Part shown: piece after piece, positions 9,569 to 19,189 of the stretch
How the letters are laid out: each line of letters begins with the position of its first letter
Position numbering within the stretch: position 1 is the first letter of the stretch
NCBI GenBank assembly: GCA_016215455.1
Contig: JACRJP010000004.1
Coordinates: forward strand, 21,132-85,131
From: Candidatus Tayloriibacteriota bacterium
GTDB taxonomy: Bacteria > Patescibacteriota > Minisyncoccia > Phycocordibacterales > PALSA-1337
Length of the DNA: 64,000 nt
Direction: 5' to 3'
Translations under genes and position numbers: made by a program
Notes under the pieces: model-generated
What the model was told of the DNA's origin: nothing
Database searches by the model: none
The model's input: the letters and a program-made list of their open reading frames with translations, nothing else

Positions 9569-9590
9569 AAACGCCACATATGTGGCGTTT
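9569..9590. promoter_or_regulatory. Perfect 22 bp palindrome, probably an operator. It lies about 35 bp upstream of the ABC exporter start.
   Basis: AAACGCCACATATGTGGCGTTT. A half-site copy ATTTGTGGCGTT occurs again at 9527-9538. Confidence 0.45.
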
Positions 9591-9627
9591 AATTTTTGCT
9601 CTTTAACTTCAACAGAAAGGTGTCCGT

Positions 9628-11394
9628 GTGAAAAAAAGATTCATTACCAACCCTGTCGGCTACCTCTTTGATAAAGTATGGAGGTATTCTGAGGGTAATC
9701 GACGCAAAGTTGCGATATTCTGGTGTATGTTCACACTTGCAAGCGTTGTTTCTCTCGTCTCACGACCATATGTCATGTCAAAAGTGATGAACATTGTTCA
9801 GACTGAGGGAATACATCCGAACAATCTTCCACGACTCATGTGGCTTCTTGTAGGGGTATTCATGTGCTCCGTCGCGTTCTGGATATTACATGGCCCTGCA
9901 CGGGTTATGGAACAGAACAATGCTTTTCTCCTCAGATTAAATTACCGAAAGTTTTTCTTGTGGGGAGTTACGCATTTGCCCATGCAATGGCATTCAGATC
10001 ACCACTCGGGTGATACCATTGATCGCATAGAAAAGGGAACGGGTGCGCTCTACCTATTCGCAAGTGATTCTTACGAATTGTTGTATACGTTCGTAAAACT
10101 CATTGTATGCTATGGAGTCCTTACCTACTTTAACCCCACAGCGGGATTGATAGCATTGTTTTTCATTGTCATATCGGCGATGATCACTATCAAAATTGAT
10201 TCGATACTCGTCAAGAACTATACGATACTTGCTCGTGGAGAAAACACCGCAAGCAAAGGGGTATTCGACATGTTGTCGAATATCACAACGGTCATCATCC
10301 TACGTGTCGAAAAACATGTTTTTGATGCGGTGATCAGTAAGATACGCGCACAAACCGAACTTACCTCACAAACAAACCGACTCGCAGAATTTAAGTGGTT
10401 CCTTACGAGCCTCTGCTGCGCCGGAATGAGTGTGAGTGTGCTCGCGAGTTATATGTATACTCAATCAAAAAGCAGTATTCCTGTGTTGATTGGGTCTGTG
10501 TATCTTTTGCTTGCATATTTGGATAATGTTGATGAAGTGTTCTATCGCTTCACCAGCTTCTACTCAAATATCGTCAAATGGAGGGTGCGTGCAAACAATG
10601 CAGAAGAACTTGCGGTAGATTTTTCTCCCCATGACTTTGACAGCGATAAGCTGCCAGACGATTGGCAGAATATTGATATTAGAGGTCTTTCCTTTGCCTA
10701 CCAAGGCTCAGGAGTTGATCAGCTTAACAATATCAACCTTCAGTTACATCGGGGTAGCAAAGTCGCATTGATTGGTGTAAGTGGTGGTGGAAAAACCACG
10801 CTTCTCAAAGTCATACGCAATCTATATGAACCACGTAGTGGTGAGGTGAGGGTTGACGGAAGACTTTGTCAAAATTGGTTTGGAGACTTCAGTGAATCAG
10901 TGGCATTACTGCCACAGAATCCTGAAATTTTCGACGCAACAGTCTTACACAACATAACTCTTGGTGCAGATTATCCAATGGAACTTATTCAGCAAGCCAT
11001 GAAAGTGGCATGCTTTGATGAGGTTCTTCCTAATCTTCCTCGAGGTCTTGAATCTTTAGTGAACGAGAAGGGGGTAAATCTCTCCGGTGGACAGAATCAA
11101 CGCCTCGCATTAATACGCGGAATTCTTGCATCTGGTGATAAGCCGGTAGTGTTACTCGACGAGCCGACAAGTAGTCTCGATATGGTGACTGAACACAAAG
11201 TGTTTGAACGCCTGTTTAAGCTATTCGAAGGAAAGCTTATCATTTCAACACTCCACCGTTTACATCTACTGCCGCTATTTGATCACATTGTGCTTTTTGA
11301 TGACGGTCGGATTATCGCACAAGGTTCACTTGAACATCTGTTGGAGACGTGCCCACAATTTCAGTATATGTGGAAGATGCACGGAGGGGAATAA
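9628..11394 (+). CDS. ABC transporter with fused permease and ATP-binding domains (type I exporter half-transporter).
   Basis: The N-terminal half is a 6-TM domain. Walker A is GVSGGGKTT, the signature is LSGGQNQR, and Walker B is VVLLDEPTSSLD. The start is GTG after GAAAGG. Confidence 0.85.
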   Translation: MKKRFITNPVGYLFDKVWRYSEGNRRKVAIFWCMFTLASVVSLVSRPYVMSKVMNIVQTEGIHPNNLPRLMWLLVGVFMCSVAFWILHGPARVMEQNNAFLLRLNYRKFFLWGVTHLPMQWHSDHHSGDTIDRIEKGTGALYLFASDSYELLYTFVKLIVCYGVLTYFNPTAGLIALFFIVISAMITIKIDSILVKNYTILARGENTASKGVFDMLSNITTVIILRVEKHVFDAVISKIRAQTELTSQTNRLAEFKWFLTSLCCAGMSVSVLASYMYTQSKSSIPVLIGSVYLLLAYLDNVDEVFYRFTSFYSNIVKWRVRANNAEELAVDFSPHDFDSDKLPDDWQNIDIRGLSFAYQGSGVDQLNNINLQLHRGSKVALIGVSGGGKTTLLKVIRNLYEPRSGEVRVDGRLCQNWFGDFSESVALLPQNPEIFDATVLHNITLGADYPMELIQQAMKVACFDEVLPNLPRGLESLVNEKGVNLSGGQNQRLALIRGILASGDKPVVLLDEPTSSLDMVTEHKVFERLFKLFEGKLIISTLHRLHLLPLFDHIVLFDDGRIIAQGSLEHLLETCPQFQYMWKMHGGE

Positions 11395-11416
11395 CTCCCA
11401 ATATCTGATGATTTTG

Positions 11417-11440
11417 CCTCACTCTGTGTGAGGTTTTTTA
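11417..11440 (+). terminator. Intrinsic terminator.
   Basis: Stem CCTCAC/GTGAGG with loop tctgt, followed by TTTTTT. Confidence 0.6.
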
Positions 11441-11515
11441 TTTAAATATTTTCTTTGACTTCTTTCGAGAACTGATCTAGTCTTACTATTCAGACATCCT
11501 CGACCATTACAGCAT

Positions 11516-12025
11516 ATGACGATTGACGCCAATGCTCTAGCAGACATCACCTCCAGAAGAACTACTGGAAACATCGTCGCTCATGAGGAATTCAGTATTG
11601 AGCCTTTTCTCCCAGCACGTGCCTGTGCACGTGATTGGACTGTCGTTTATGACGGAGACCTGTTACAACGTCCGACTCTCACGACAAGTTTTTCATACGG
11701 GCTTAAACTTAGAGAGCACTCCGATCCAGCTCCAGATACACGACAATTTCATTCGTGTGGGGGACTGACCCTTATGCATCTTTGGAGAAACCCACATCTC
11801 ATTCCATTGTCATGGCAGAATACAGAGATGTATGAAGAGTTCTTTTTCGATGGACTCACTCTACGTCGACAAAAGAAATCACCACGTAGAACAACTGATT
11901 TTGTGATTTCCTTGTTCTATGATCCCAGGAAAAGACGCTGGTTCTCTAGCTTAAAAATATTTGGTGCTGAACGGTATGCTGGACAGATGTCAGTCGTCCT
12001 TCCGTTACATCAAGTCACTGTTTGA
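11516..12025 (+). CDS. Hypothetical protein in a GC-rich segment.
   Basis: 169 aa ORF. Codon usage is rich in CGC, GGC and GCG, unlike the flanking genes. Confidence 0.4.
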   Translation: MTIDANALADITSRRTTGNIVAHEEFSIEPFLPARACARDWTVVYDGDLLQRPTLTTSFSYGLKLREHSDPAPDTRQFHSCGGLTLMHLWRNPHLIPLSWQNTEMYEEFFFDGLTLRRQKKSPRRTTDFVISLFYDPRKRRWFSSLKIFGAERYAGQMSVVLPLHQVTV

Positions 12026-12128
12026 TTTTTATTATTTCGAATTCAGTAGACACCTTGACTACGTAGTATATTCTGTGTTAATTTCACAAATAGACCGTTA
12101 CTCACATTCACCAAAAAAGAAGCTACGC

Positions 12129-12905
12129 ATGGCAAAAACGAAAGAATCAGGACGGCTTAGGAAAGAACGGGTCGTCTGGAAGGCACACGAATTGCAAGCT
12201 GTCATCGACGCTGCGGTTCTCGCTAGCCTTGAAGACATTGAGCATGTTTGGGTCTATTTGGCTCGCGGACAGCAAGTCCTACCCAAGGAACGCCACCGTG
12301 TCATAGGTGGTAAACATGTTGTCACCCCAGAGATTCTCGCTGCTTTTCAAGTAGCTCGGAAAGCACTGATCGACAGAGAAGTGCCTGCTCCGCCGCCGCC
12401 AGTTGAGATTCCTGTGCCGGTTGAACAAAGTCGGGAACAAGTTCTTGAAAGCCTGACTGATGCCGAGCTTATCCAGCTTGCAGTGAAGCGATTTACTCCT
12501 CTCATCGAAGGCCTTCGAGCGCTCGGTGAAGTTGGAGGAAAAAAAGAAACCCCACCACCAAAGCCGGTGGTAGAATGTCCTCCCGCTGCAATCCTGACTC
12601 CGAGTCCAGCAAAACTCCCGAAGCCAACGGTAGTATTTCTGTTCGGATTCGCCCCTGATCAAGAGGTTGAGATTCGAAGGAGGGCCGGCAGTTTCAACCT
12701 GCAACTCATCTTCGCACGACAAGAAAGGGGAGATGCGCCTCCCAAGGTGCCGGTATGCAACTGGTGCATCGTTGCGGAGTCAGATCTGAGTAGGCGGGCG
12801 AGAACCGCCATTAAGGCGCGTATCGATGATGCGCATATACTTTACATTCGTAACGTGGATACGACAATGCAAAAATTGGCAGACATCAATTCTCGAACGA
12901 AATGA
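12129..12905 (+). CDS. Hypothetical protein with a Pro-rich linker, in a GC-rich segment.
   Basis: The ORF begins MAKTKESGRL and contains PAPPPPVEIPVPV and KKETPPPKP. I trimmed the track ORF 11961..12905 to the first Met after the upstream stop. Confidence 0.45.
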   Translation: MAKTKESGRLRKERVVWKAHELQAVIDAAVLASLEDIEHVWVYLARGQQVLPKERHRVIGGKHVVTPEILAAFQVARKALIDREVPAPPPPVEIPVPVEQSREQVLESLTDAELIQLAVKRFTPLIEGLRALGEVGGKKETPPPKPVVECPPAAILTPSPAKLPKPTVVFLFGFAPDQEVEIRRRAGSFNLQLIFARQERGDAPPKVPVCNWCIVAESDLSRRARTAIKARIDDAHILYIRNVDTTMQKLADINSRTK

Positions 12906-12994
12906 ATGTCGATCTCCTGTAGGAACGTCACTACACGAGGTCATTTTTATTTACATCCGTAAGGGTTTTTGTTATCATTCTTGCTCACAACAAT

Positions 12995-13204
12995 ATGGAT
13001 GTATTCATGGAATTACTCGGAGAGATCTTTAGCCAAACTTTGAAATTGGCGGGAGCTGCTATAAGTGCTGTATTTGAAAATGGATCAAAATTATTCCAGT
13101 TTATTTGTTGGATTATTGCTGGTATCGTGATTATCCCAAGTCTTTTTATTTCAGGGACACTCTATCCTATGTGGGAGAAGTGGGGAGAAAATATCAAAAA
13201 ATAG
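12995..13204 (+). CDS. Small hydrophobic protein of 69 aa, upstream of a MacB-type ABC pair.
   Basis: MDVFMELLGEIFSQTLKLAGAAISAVFENGSKLFQFICWIIAGIVIIPSLFISGTLYPMWEKWGENIKK. It has an amphipathic N-terminus followed by a TM helix. Confidence 0.3.
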   Translation: MDVFMELLGEIFSQTLKLAGAAISAVFENGSKLFQFICWIIAGIVIIPSLFISGTLYPMWEKWGENIKK

Positions 13205-13242
13205 CTGCGCAGGGATATTTGAGTATGTTATGATACTTTTGC

Positions 13243-14535
13243 ATGAAACTACGCACTACGCACGAAAAGAAAGAAGGGGTTAAGGGCTTCTTTCGATCAT
13301 TATCGATCGGTTTCTTCCTAGCATACCGAGATGTGCGCAAAGCCAATATTTGGACAACTCTCCTTATCATCACTGTGATGGTGCTCACATTTCTTAATCT
13401 TATTGTCGTAAGTGGTATTCTCGTCGGTCTTATCCAAGGATCAAGTGACGCAAATCGACAACGATATGCTGGTGATGTTATTGTCTCAACATTACCTAAG
13501 AAAACATACATTGAACGAAGTGCCGATACCATTCGCTTCATACAGAGTCTTCCTGGAGTTACTGCTGTATCGGCTCGCTATATTGAAAGTGGAAAAATTG
13601 AAGCGAACTACAAAAATAGAACTCGATTGAGCGATAAAGTTGACCAAGCAGGAGGATTGGTAGTTGGAATTGTTCCTGAAGACGAGATTGCTGTAAGTCA
13701 GCTTAATAAATATGTGATTGAGGGAGATTTTCTTGAAGAAGGTGATAGTGATGAGGTACTTCTCGGTGCTAATCTTCTCTTCAAATACACTCCGATAGAT
13801 TCACCTGGTATTTCAACGCTTAAAAACGTTGAAGTGGGTTCAAAAGTACGTCTCATTATCAATGGCACAAGTCGTGAAGTAACAATTAAAGGGGTAATTA
13901 AAAGTAAGGTAGGAGAGAACGACCAGCGTATCTATATGGTTGCAAGTGAGTTACGTAAGATCATTGGTCGCAATGATTACAACGTTGATGAAATCTCAAT
14001 TCGACTTGTCCCTGGTGCTGATGCAAGTAAGATTACTTCAGCTCTTATATCACAAGGTATTGATCAAACTGCAAAAGTACAAACATGGGAACAATCTGAA
14101 CCAAAATTTCTTAAAGATATCAAAGCAACATTTGCTATCCTAGGAAATCTCATCGGGAGTATCGGTCTCGCAGTTGCTTCGATTACCATTTTCATCATTA
14201 TCTTCGTTAACGCTATTACACGTCGACGATTTATCGGAATATTAAAAGGAATTGGTATTCGATCTCTAGCAATCGAAATTTCGTACATTATACAATCACT
14301 CTTCTATGCACTTTGTGGAATTGTTCTTGGATCAGCAATTATCTTTCTCTTCTTAAAGCCATATATCCTTGCCCATCCAATCAACTTTCCATTCAGTGAC
14401 GGTATTCTCGTAGCAACACTCTCAGGAACATTACTCCGTGCCGGAATTCTTATCGTCGCAACACTCATCGCGGGGTATATTCCAGCACGCTTGGTCGTTA
14501 AACAAAATACTCTTGATGCCATACTTGGCAGATAA
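13243..14535 (+). CDS. ABC transporter permease of the FtsX/MacB family.
   Basis: An N-terminal TM is followed by a large extracytoplasmic domain and three C-terminal TM helices, which is the FtsX-like arrangement. Confidence 0.8.
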   Translation: MKLRTTHEKKEGVKGFFRSLSIGFFLAYRDVRKANIWTTLLIITVMVLTFLNLIVVSGILVGLIQGSSDANRQRYAGDVIVSTLPKKTYIERSADTIRFIQSLPGVTAVSARYIESGKIEANYKNRTRLSDKVDQAGGLVVGIVPEDEIAVSQLNKYVIEGDFLEEGDSDEVLLGANLLFKYTPIDSPGISTLKNVEVGSKVRLIINGTSREVTIKGVIKSKVGENDQRIYMVASELRKIIGRNDYNVDEISIRLVPGADASKITSALISQGIDQTAKVQTWEQSEPKFLKDIKATFAILGNLIGSIGLAVASITIFIIIFVNAITRRRFIGILKGIGIRSLAIEISYIIQSLFYALCGIVLGSAIIFLFLKPYILAHPINFPFSDGILVATLSGTLLRAGILIVATLIAGYIPARLVVKQNTLDAILGR

Positions 14536-14550
14536 CAAGGGAATACATAT

Positions 14551-15237
14551 ATGCTTATATCAACAAAAAATCTCACACGACGATACCAAAGCGGAAATTC
14601 AACAACGACCGCTCTCAATCGTGTCGATCTCACTCTTAATGCGGGAGAATTCCTTGCTATTACAGGTCGTTCTGGTTCGGGTAAGAGTACATTGTTATAT
14701 CAATTAGGTCTTCTTGATCGACCAACCGAAGGTTCCATTATCATTGAAGGGAAAGATGTTCTCAAAATGAATGAGGAAGATCGAACATTCTTTCGACTTT
14801 CTGAACTTGGTTATGTATTTCAAGACTACGCAGTTCTTCCGGCACTTACAGCACTTGAAAATACCATGCTTCCACTTCTCATGCTTGGACTGTCAAACAA
14901 AGACGCAGAACAAAAAGCTGCATATGCCCTTACACGTGTAGGTCTTGCTGATCGTATGAAAAATTATCCTTCACAACTTTCAGGAGGACAACAACAACGA
15001 GTTGCGATTGCACGAGCCATTGCACACGATCCAAAAATCCTCTTTGCCGATGAACCGACAGCAAACCTTGATAGCGAAACATCAGAAGTGGTTCTTGGTG
15101 TATTTCTCGATCTTCATAGAGAAGGTCAGACCATTGTCATGGTGACACACGAAAAAGACTACGCAGCCCTTACTGATCGCGTTATAGAGCTTTCTGATGG
15201 TAAGATTGTAAGTGACCACAAAGTTACCAAGCACTAA
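14551..15237 (+). CDS. ABC transporter ATP-binding protein of the MacB/LolD type.
   Basis: [37 protein letters not shown]. Confidence 0.92.
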   Translation: MLISTKNLTRRYQSGNSTTTALNRVDLTLNAGEFLAITGRSGSGKSTLLYQLGLLDRPTEGSIIIEGKDVLKMNEEDRTFFRLSELGYVFQDYAVLPALTALENTMLPLLMLGLSNKDAEQKAAYALTRVGLADRMKNYPSQLSGGQQQRVAIARAIAHDPKILFADEPTANLDSETSEVVLGVFLDLHREGQTIVMVTHEKDYAALTDRVIELSDGKIVSDHKVTKH

Positions 15238-15245
15238 AACGACCT

Positions 15246-16643
15246 ATGCAACATTCTCAGACTCAGAACTCAGCTCCAACAATATTTGTGATATTTGGTA
15301 TCACAGGTGATCTTGCTGGACGCAAACTTCTTCCTGCGCTTCTCAATCTATATGTTAAAAAAGTACTTCCTCAGAAATTCGCTATCGTAGGATTTTCTCG
15401 TAGAAATTTTACTCGTGAAGAATTTCGTCAATATATACGTGATAATATCAATATCAAACCTGGTCAATTCAAGGAAGAAGACGTAAAGCACTTCCTTGAT
15501 CATATGTCATATGAACAGGGATTGTTTGATACACCAGAATCGTATCATCGTCTTGCCGAAAAACTTCAATCAATTGATGAGAGTTTTAAGCAATGTTCAA
15601 ATAAACTATTTCATCTCTCAGTACCACCAACACTCTACGAAGGAATTCTCGAAAACCTTTCTTCTTCAGGACTTACTATTCCATGTGGTGGTGATCTTGG
15701 TTGGACACGTGTCCTCATCGAGAAGCCTTTTGGTAATGATATCGAGACTGCTAAAAAGCTCGACAAACGTATCGGTGATCTTTTCTCAGAAGAACAGATA
15801 TTTCGTATTGATCACTATCTCGCAAAAGAGGCATTACAAAATGTTCTCGCATTTCGTTTTGCTAATACACTTTTTGAGCCACTCTGGAATCGTCATCATG
15901 TTGATAAGGTACACATTAAACTTCTCGAAAAGATTGATATTGAAGATCGTGGTGAATTCTATGACAAAGTTGGTGCCCTCAAAGATGTTGGACAAAACCA
16001 TGTACTTCAAATGCTTGCACTTGTTGCCATGGAATCACCAGAAGAATTTGATGCTGAACATATTCGTAAGGAACGAGCAAAAGTTTTGAAACATCTCATG
16101 CCGATCACATCAAAAAATATTAATGATCTTGCGGTACGTGGACAATATGAAGGGTACCTTCATGAAAAGGGAGTTCGACCAGAATCACAAACAGAAACAT
16201 ATTTCCGCCTTGAAACATATATTGAAAATGCTCGCTGGAAAGATGTTCCATTCTTTCTTGAAAGTGGAAAAGCATTGTCTGAGTCAAAAGCTGAAATTGA
16301 TATCTATTTTAAAAATGAGAATGAGGAAGAACGTCAAAATATTCTCACATTCCGTATTCAACCTGATGAGGGTATCAAGATTCGTTTTTGGGTCAAAACT
16401 CCAGGTTTTGGTCTTCAGGTAGAACCGAAAACTCTTAAATTTAAATATAGTGATTTTGATTCACTCTCAACACTTCCTGATGCATATGAAAAAGTCCTCT
16501 TCGATGCATTCGTCGGAGATCAAACACTTTTCACAAGTACTGATGAGGTAGTACACGCCTGGAAGTTCATTTCTCCAATCGTAGAACTCTGGAATCACGT
16601 ACCAATGACACGCTACAAGAAGGGAAGCTCATACGTGTATTAA
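15246..16643 (+). CDS. zwf: Glucose-6-phosphate 1-dehydrogenase.
   Basis: GITGDLAGRKLLPAL, RIDHYLAKE, and the substrate-binding motif region. Confidence 0.92.
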   Translation: MQHSQTQNSAPTIFVIFGITGDLAGRKLLPALLNLYVKKVLPQKFAIVGFSRRNFTREEFRQYIRDNINIKPGQFKEEDVKHFLDHMSYEQGLFDTPESYHRLAEKLQSIDESFKQCSNKLFHLSVPPTLYEGILENLSSSGLTIPCGGDLGWTRVLIEKPFGNDIETAKKLDKRIGDLFSEEQIFRIDHYLAKEALQNVLAFRFANTLFEPLWNRHHVDKVHIKLLEKIDIEDRGEFYDKVGALKDVGQNHVLQMLALVAMESPEEFDAEHIRKERAKVLKHLMPITSKNINDLAVRGQYEGYLHEKGVRPESQTETYFRLETYIENARWKDVPFFLESGKALSESKAEIDIYFKNENEEERQNILTFRIQPDEGIKIRFWVKTPGFGLQVEPKTLKFKYSDFDSLSTLPDAYEKVLFDAFVGDQTLFTSTDEVVHAWKFISPIVELWNHVPMTRYKKGSSYVY

Positions 16644-16682
16644 AGGTCTCAACAGAGAGGTATTTTGTCGTTTTACCATATA

Positions 16683-16711
16683 TTGACATTATGTGTTTTT
16701 TGGTATATAAT
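16683..16711 (+). promoter_or_regulatory. Consensus sigma70 promoter for the GC-rich gene at 16844.
   Basis: TTGACA (16683-88), 17 bp spacer, TATAAT (16706-11). A leader of about 130 nt follows. It contains a 16-codon uORF (16750-16800) and a perfect 8 bp hairpin CACACGCA-tgt-TGCGTGTG (16778-16796). Confidence 0.6.
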
Positions 16712-16843
16712 GTATATCAGCAAACTGGTATTACCGAAAGGTAACCAACATGACTCTTTTGAAACCTTGGACTACTACACACGCATGTTGCGTGTGGTAA
16801 GCCTTGGTGAGTTTCGAGTCAGATAAGCACATCGAAGTTACCT

Positions 16844-17653
16844 ATGAAGACGCCTAAAACGTCCCCGCGCAAACGCTCCGTCACGCCTGCACCTCCGACT
16901 AACGGGACACGCTCCCGTGGCGACATTGAATCGGTTCTGAAACAAACGGGCGATAAGAAGCCTGTGGCAAAGAAGAAGGCTGCGAAGTCTTCTACTGCCA
17001 CTGAGGTCCCGCCTCCGCCTTTCAGCCGGGAGACGGCACCACATGCCGTCACTGCCGAAGCCCGGAAGTGGCTCAGCAACGAGCGGGCAATTTACGGGGC
17101 TGGTTATGCTCCGATTCTCTGGGTCAGCGCCCCGAAATTGTGGGATCTCGCTGAGACCTTGGGTCGCGAACTCACGTTGGATGAGGTCAAATTCCTCGTC
17201 CAGGCAGATGGGGATATGGAGCAGTGCTTCATCGGAAAGGCTCCTTTCCAGCCGATTCGCTACTTGGTGATCACGCGAGTGACCCTGGATCTGCTGAAAA
17301 AAGCAGGAGCATTCGAAAAAATCCCCAAAGAAAAACTTCTCTGGGGCGGCGCGTTCGCCATCAATCAGGAAGGGAATGGTCTCATTCCCCTGTCTGGTGC
17401 GCGCTTCTGGAACGTGCGTGGTGACTTTGCGCTCAAGGATAGCGCGATGGTGCGTGCCTGGCTTATTTCGAACGAAAATCCTGCTCTGCGTTCATGGCCC
17501 CAGAGTCGGGCCGATGCAGAAGAAGGTATTCGGCGGATTGCCGATGCCAAGGCACGAGCCCGGCACACCCACGAGAACTTGGTTCAGGTGGACATCGTGC
17601 TTGCTGGGGCGATCCGTAGTCGTCCCAAGCATAAGCATGGCAATAAGAAGTAG
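16844..17653 (+). CDS. Hypothetical protein encoded in a strongly GC-rich segment of about 60% GC. It has a basic K/P-rich N-terminal tail.
   Basis: I counted 36 G+C in the first 60 nt. The N-terminus reads MKTPKTSPRKRSVTPAPPTNGTRSRGD...KKPVAKKKAAKSS, and a globular domain follows. Confidence 0.6.
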   Translation: MKTPKTSPRKRSVTPAPPTNGTRSRGDIESVLKQTGDKKPVAKKKAAKSSTATEVPPPPFSRETAPHAVTAEARKWLSNERAIYGAGYAPILWVSAPKLWDLAETLGRELTLDEVKFLVQADGDMEQCFIGKAPFQPIRYLVITRVTLDLLKKAGAFEKIPKEKLLWGGAFAINQEGNGLIPLSGARFWNVRGDFALKDSAMVRAWLISNENPALRSWPQSRADAEEGIRRIADAKARARHTHENLVQVDIVLAGAIRSRPKHKHGNKK

Positions 17654-17692
17654 CTGAGCATCTACAGAAAAATAAAGAAGATCTGCTCTCAA

Positions 17693-17726
17693 GCTCCCCG
17701 CATACAACTGCTGGGAGCCTTTTATT
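17693..17726 (+). terminator. Terminator-like hairpin.
   Basis: Stem GCTCCC/GGGAGC, followed by CTTTTATTT. Confidence 0.45.
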
Positions 17727-17784
17727 TATATGCTATACTGTCGCCATAATAATTAAGAAATCGCGTAAACCGCAAACAATTACG

Positions 17785-18012
17785 ATGTTCAAGAATTTTT
17801 TAATGAAACAAATGCTCAAGCGCCAGATGAAGGGCGTTCCTGAAGCTGAACAAGAAAAAATCTTCAAAATGATTGAAGATAATCCTGATTTCTTTACTAA
17901 AATTGCCGAAGAAACTCAAGAAAAAATCAAAGGGGGTATGAGTCAGCAAGACGCTATGATGGCAGTAATGCAAAAAAATCAAGACCAGCTTAAGAAGATT
18001 TTAGGGAAATAA
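17785..18012 (+). CDS. Small K/E/Q-rich hypothetical protein.
   Basis: 75 aa with host-like low-GC codon usage. A TATACT -10 element lies upstream. Confidence 0.4.
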   Translation: MFKNFLMKQMLKRQMKGVPEAEQEKIFKMIEDNPDFFTKIAEETQEKIKGGMSQQDAMMAVMQKNQDQLKKILGK

Positions 18013-18048
18013 TTGAAACTCAGGCTGTAATAAGCTAGTATAGTCTCC

Positions 18049-19161
18049 ATGTCACTATCAATCGGTATTGTAGGACTTCCAAACGTTGGTAAGTCAACAC
18101 TTTTTAATGCTCTGACCAAAAAGTCAGTGCCTGCAGAAAACTATCCATTTTGTACCATCGATCCATCAGTTGGTGTAGTTGCGGTACCTGATGAACGACT
18201 CTACAAACTTGCTGCTTTTTCTCAAACTAAAAAAATAGTTCCTGCGGCTGTTGAATTCGTTGATATTGCAGGTCTCGTCAAAGGTGCGTCAGCAGGTGAA
18301 GGTCTTGGAAACCAATTCCTTTCTAACATTCGAGAAACAGATGCTATCGCTGAAGTAGTTCGAATATTCGAAGATGATAACGTCATCCATGTCGATGGTA
18401 AGATTAATCCTGTATCAGATATTGAAGTTATTAATCTCGAACTCATTCTTGCTGATCTTCAAACAGTGAGTAAACGACTTGCCAACCTTACCAAAGAAGT
18501 AAAGTCGGGTAAAAAAGAAGCGATTATCGAAGCAGGACTCGCGGAGCGTCTTAAAGCTGCACTCGAAGATGGAAAGCTTGCACGAACAGTTACTGCAAAT
18601 GAATTTGAGATGCCATTTCTCAAACACCTACACCTTCTAACATCAAAACCGATTCTCTACGTACTCAACAAGAAAGCAGGAGGGAAGAATCTTGATGAAA
18701 TGACCGTAGATGGAGCAGCTGATCCTCGCTATACCAAACTCATGGATTTCATCAAAAACTCTGGCTCACAATGGGTACTCGTTGATGCGGGAGTAGAGCA
18801 TGAAATGAAAGACCTTTCAGATACTGATAAAAAGGAAATGCGTGAGGGACTCGGTGCAAAAGATGACGGTATCGATGCTCTCATTCGAGCTGGATATGAA
18901 ACACTCAATCTCATTACCTACTTCACAACAGGTGAAGTTGAAACTCGAGCATGGACTATTCAGAAAGGTTGGACAGCACCAGAAGCAGGTACTGCAATTC
19001 ATGGTGACTTCAAAGACAAATTTATCCGTGCAGAAGTAATTGAATGGGATAAGTTACTTGAAGCAGGATCATTTGGTGCAGCTCGAGAAAAAGGACTTCT
19101 TCGTACAGAAGGAAAGGAATACATCGTTAAGGATGGTGATGTGATGGAGTTTAAAATCTAA
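18049..19161 (+). CDS. ychF: Ribosome-binding ATPase YchF.
   Basis: [18 protein letters not shown], and a TGS domain at the C-terminus. Confidence 0.95.
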   Translation: MSLSIGIVGLPNVGKSTLFNALTKKSVPAENYPFCTIDPSVGVVAVPDERLYKLAAFSQTKKIVPAAVEFVDIAGLVKGASAGEGLGNQFLSNIRETDAIAEVVRIFEDDNVIHVDGKINPVSDIEVINLELILADLQTVSKRLANLTKEVKSGKKEAIIEAGLAERLKAALEDGKLARTVTANEFEMPFLKHLHLLTSKPILYVLNKKAGGKNLDEMTVDGAADPRYTKLMDFIKNSGSQWVLVDAGVEHEMKDLSDTDKKEMREGLGAKDDGIDALIRAGYETLNLITYFTTGEVETRAWTIQKGWTAPEAGTAIHGDFKDKFIRAEVIEWDKLLEAGSFGAAREKGLLRTEGKEYIVKDGDVMEFKI

Positions 19162-19172
19162 ATAAAAAGTAG

Positions 19173-19189
19173 AGGTTATAAAATACCTC
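19173..19189. terminator. Bidirectional hairpin between convergent genes.
   Basis: GAGGT-tataaaat-ACCTC. Confidence 0.4.

Noticed and set aside
15496-16422. ORFs 15496-16089 and 16123-16422 on the plus strand.
   Set aside because: They are alternative-frame ORFs inside zwf, and they have low-complexity, AT-codon-driven translations.
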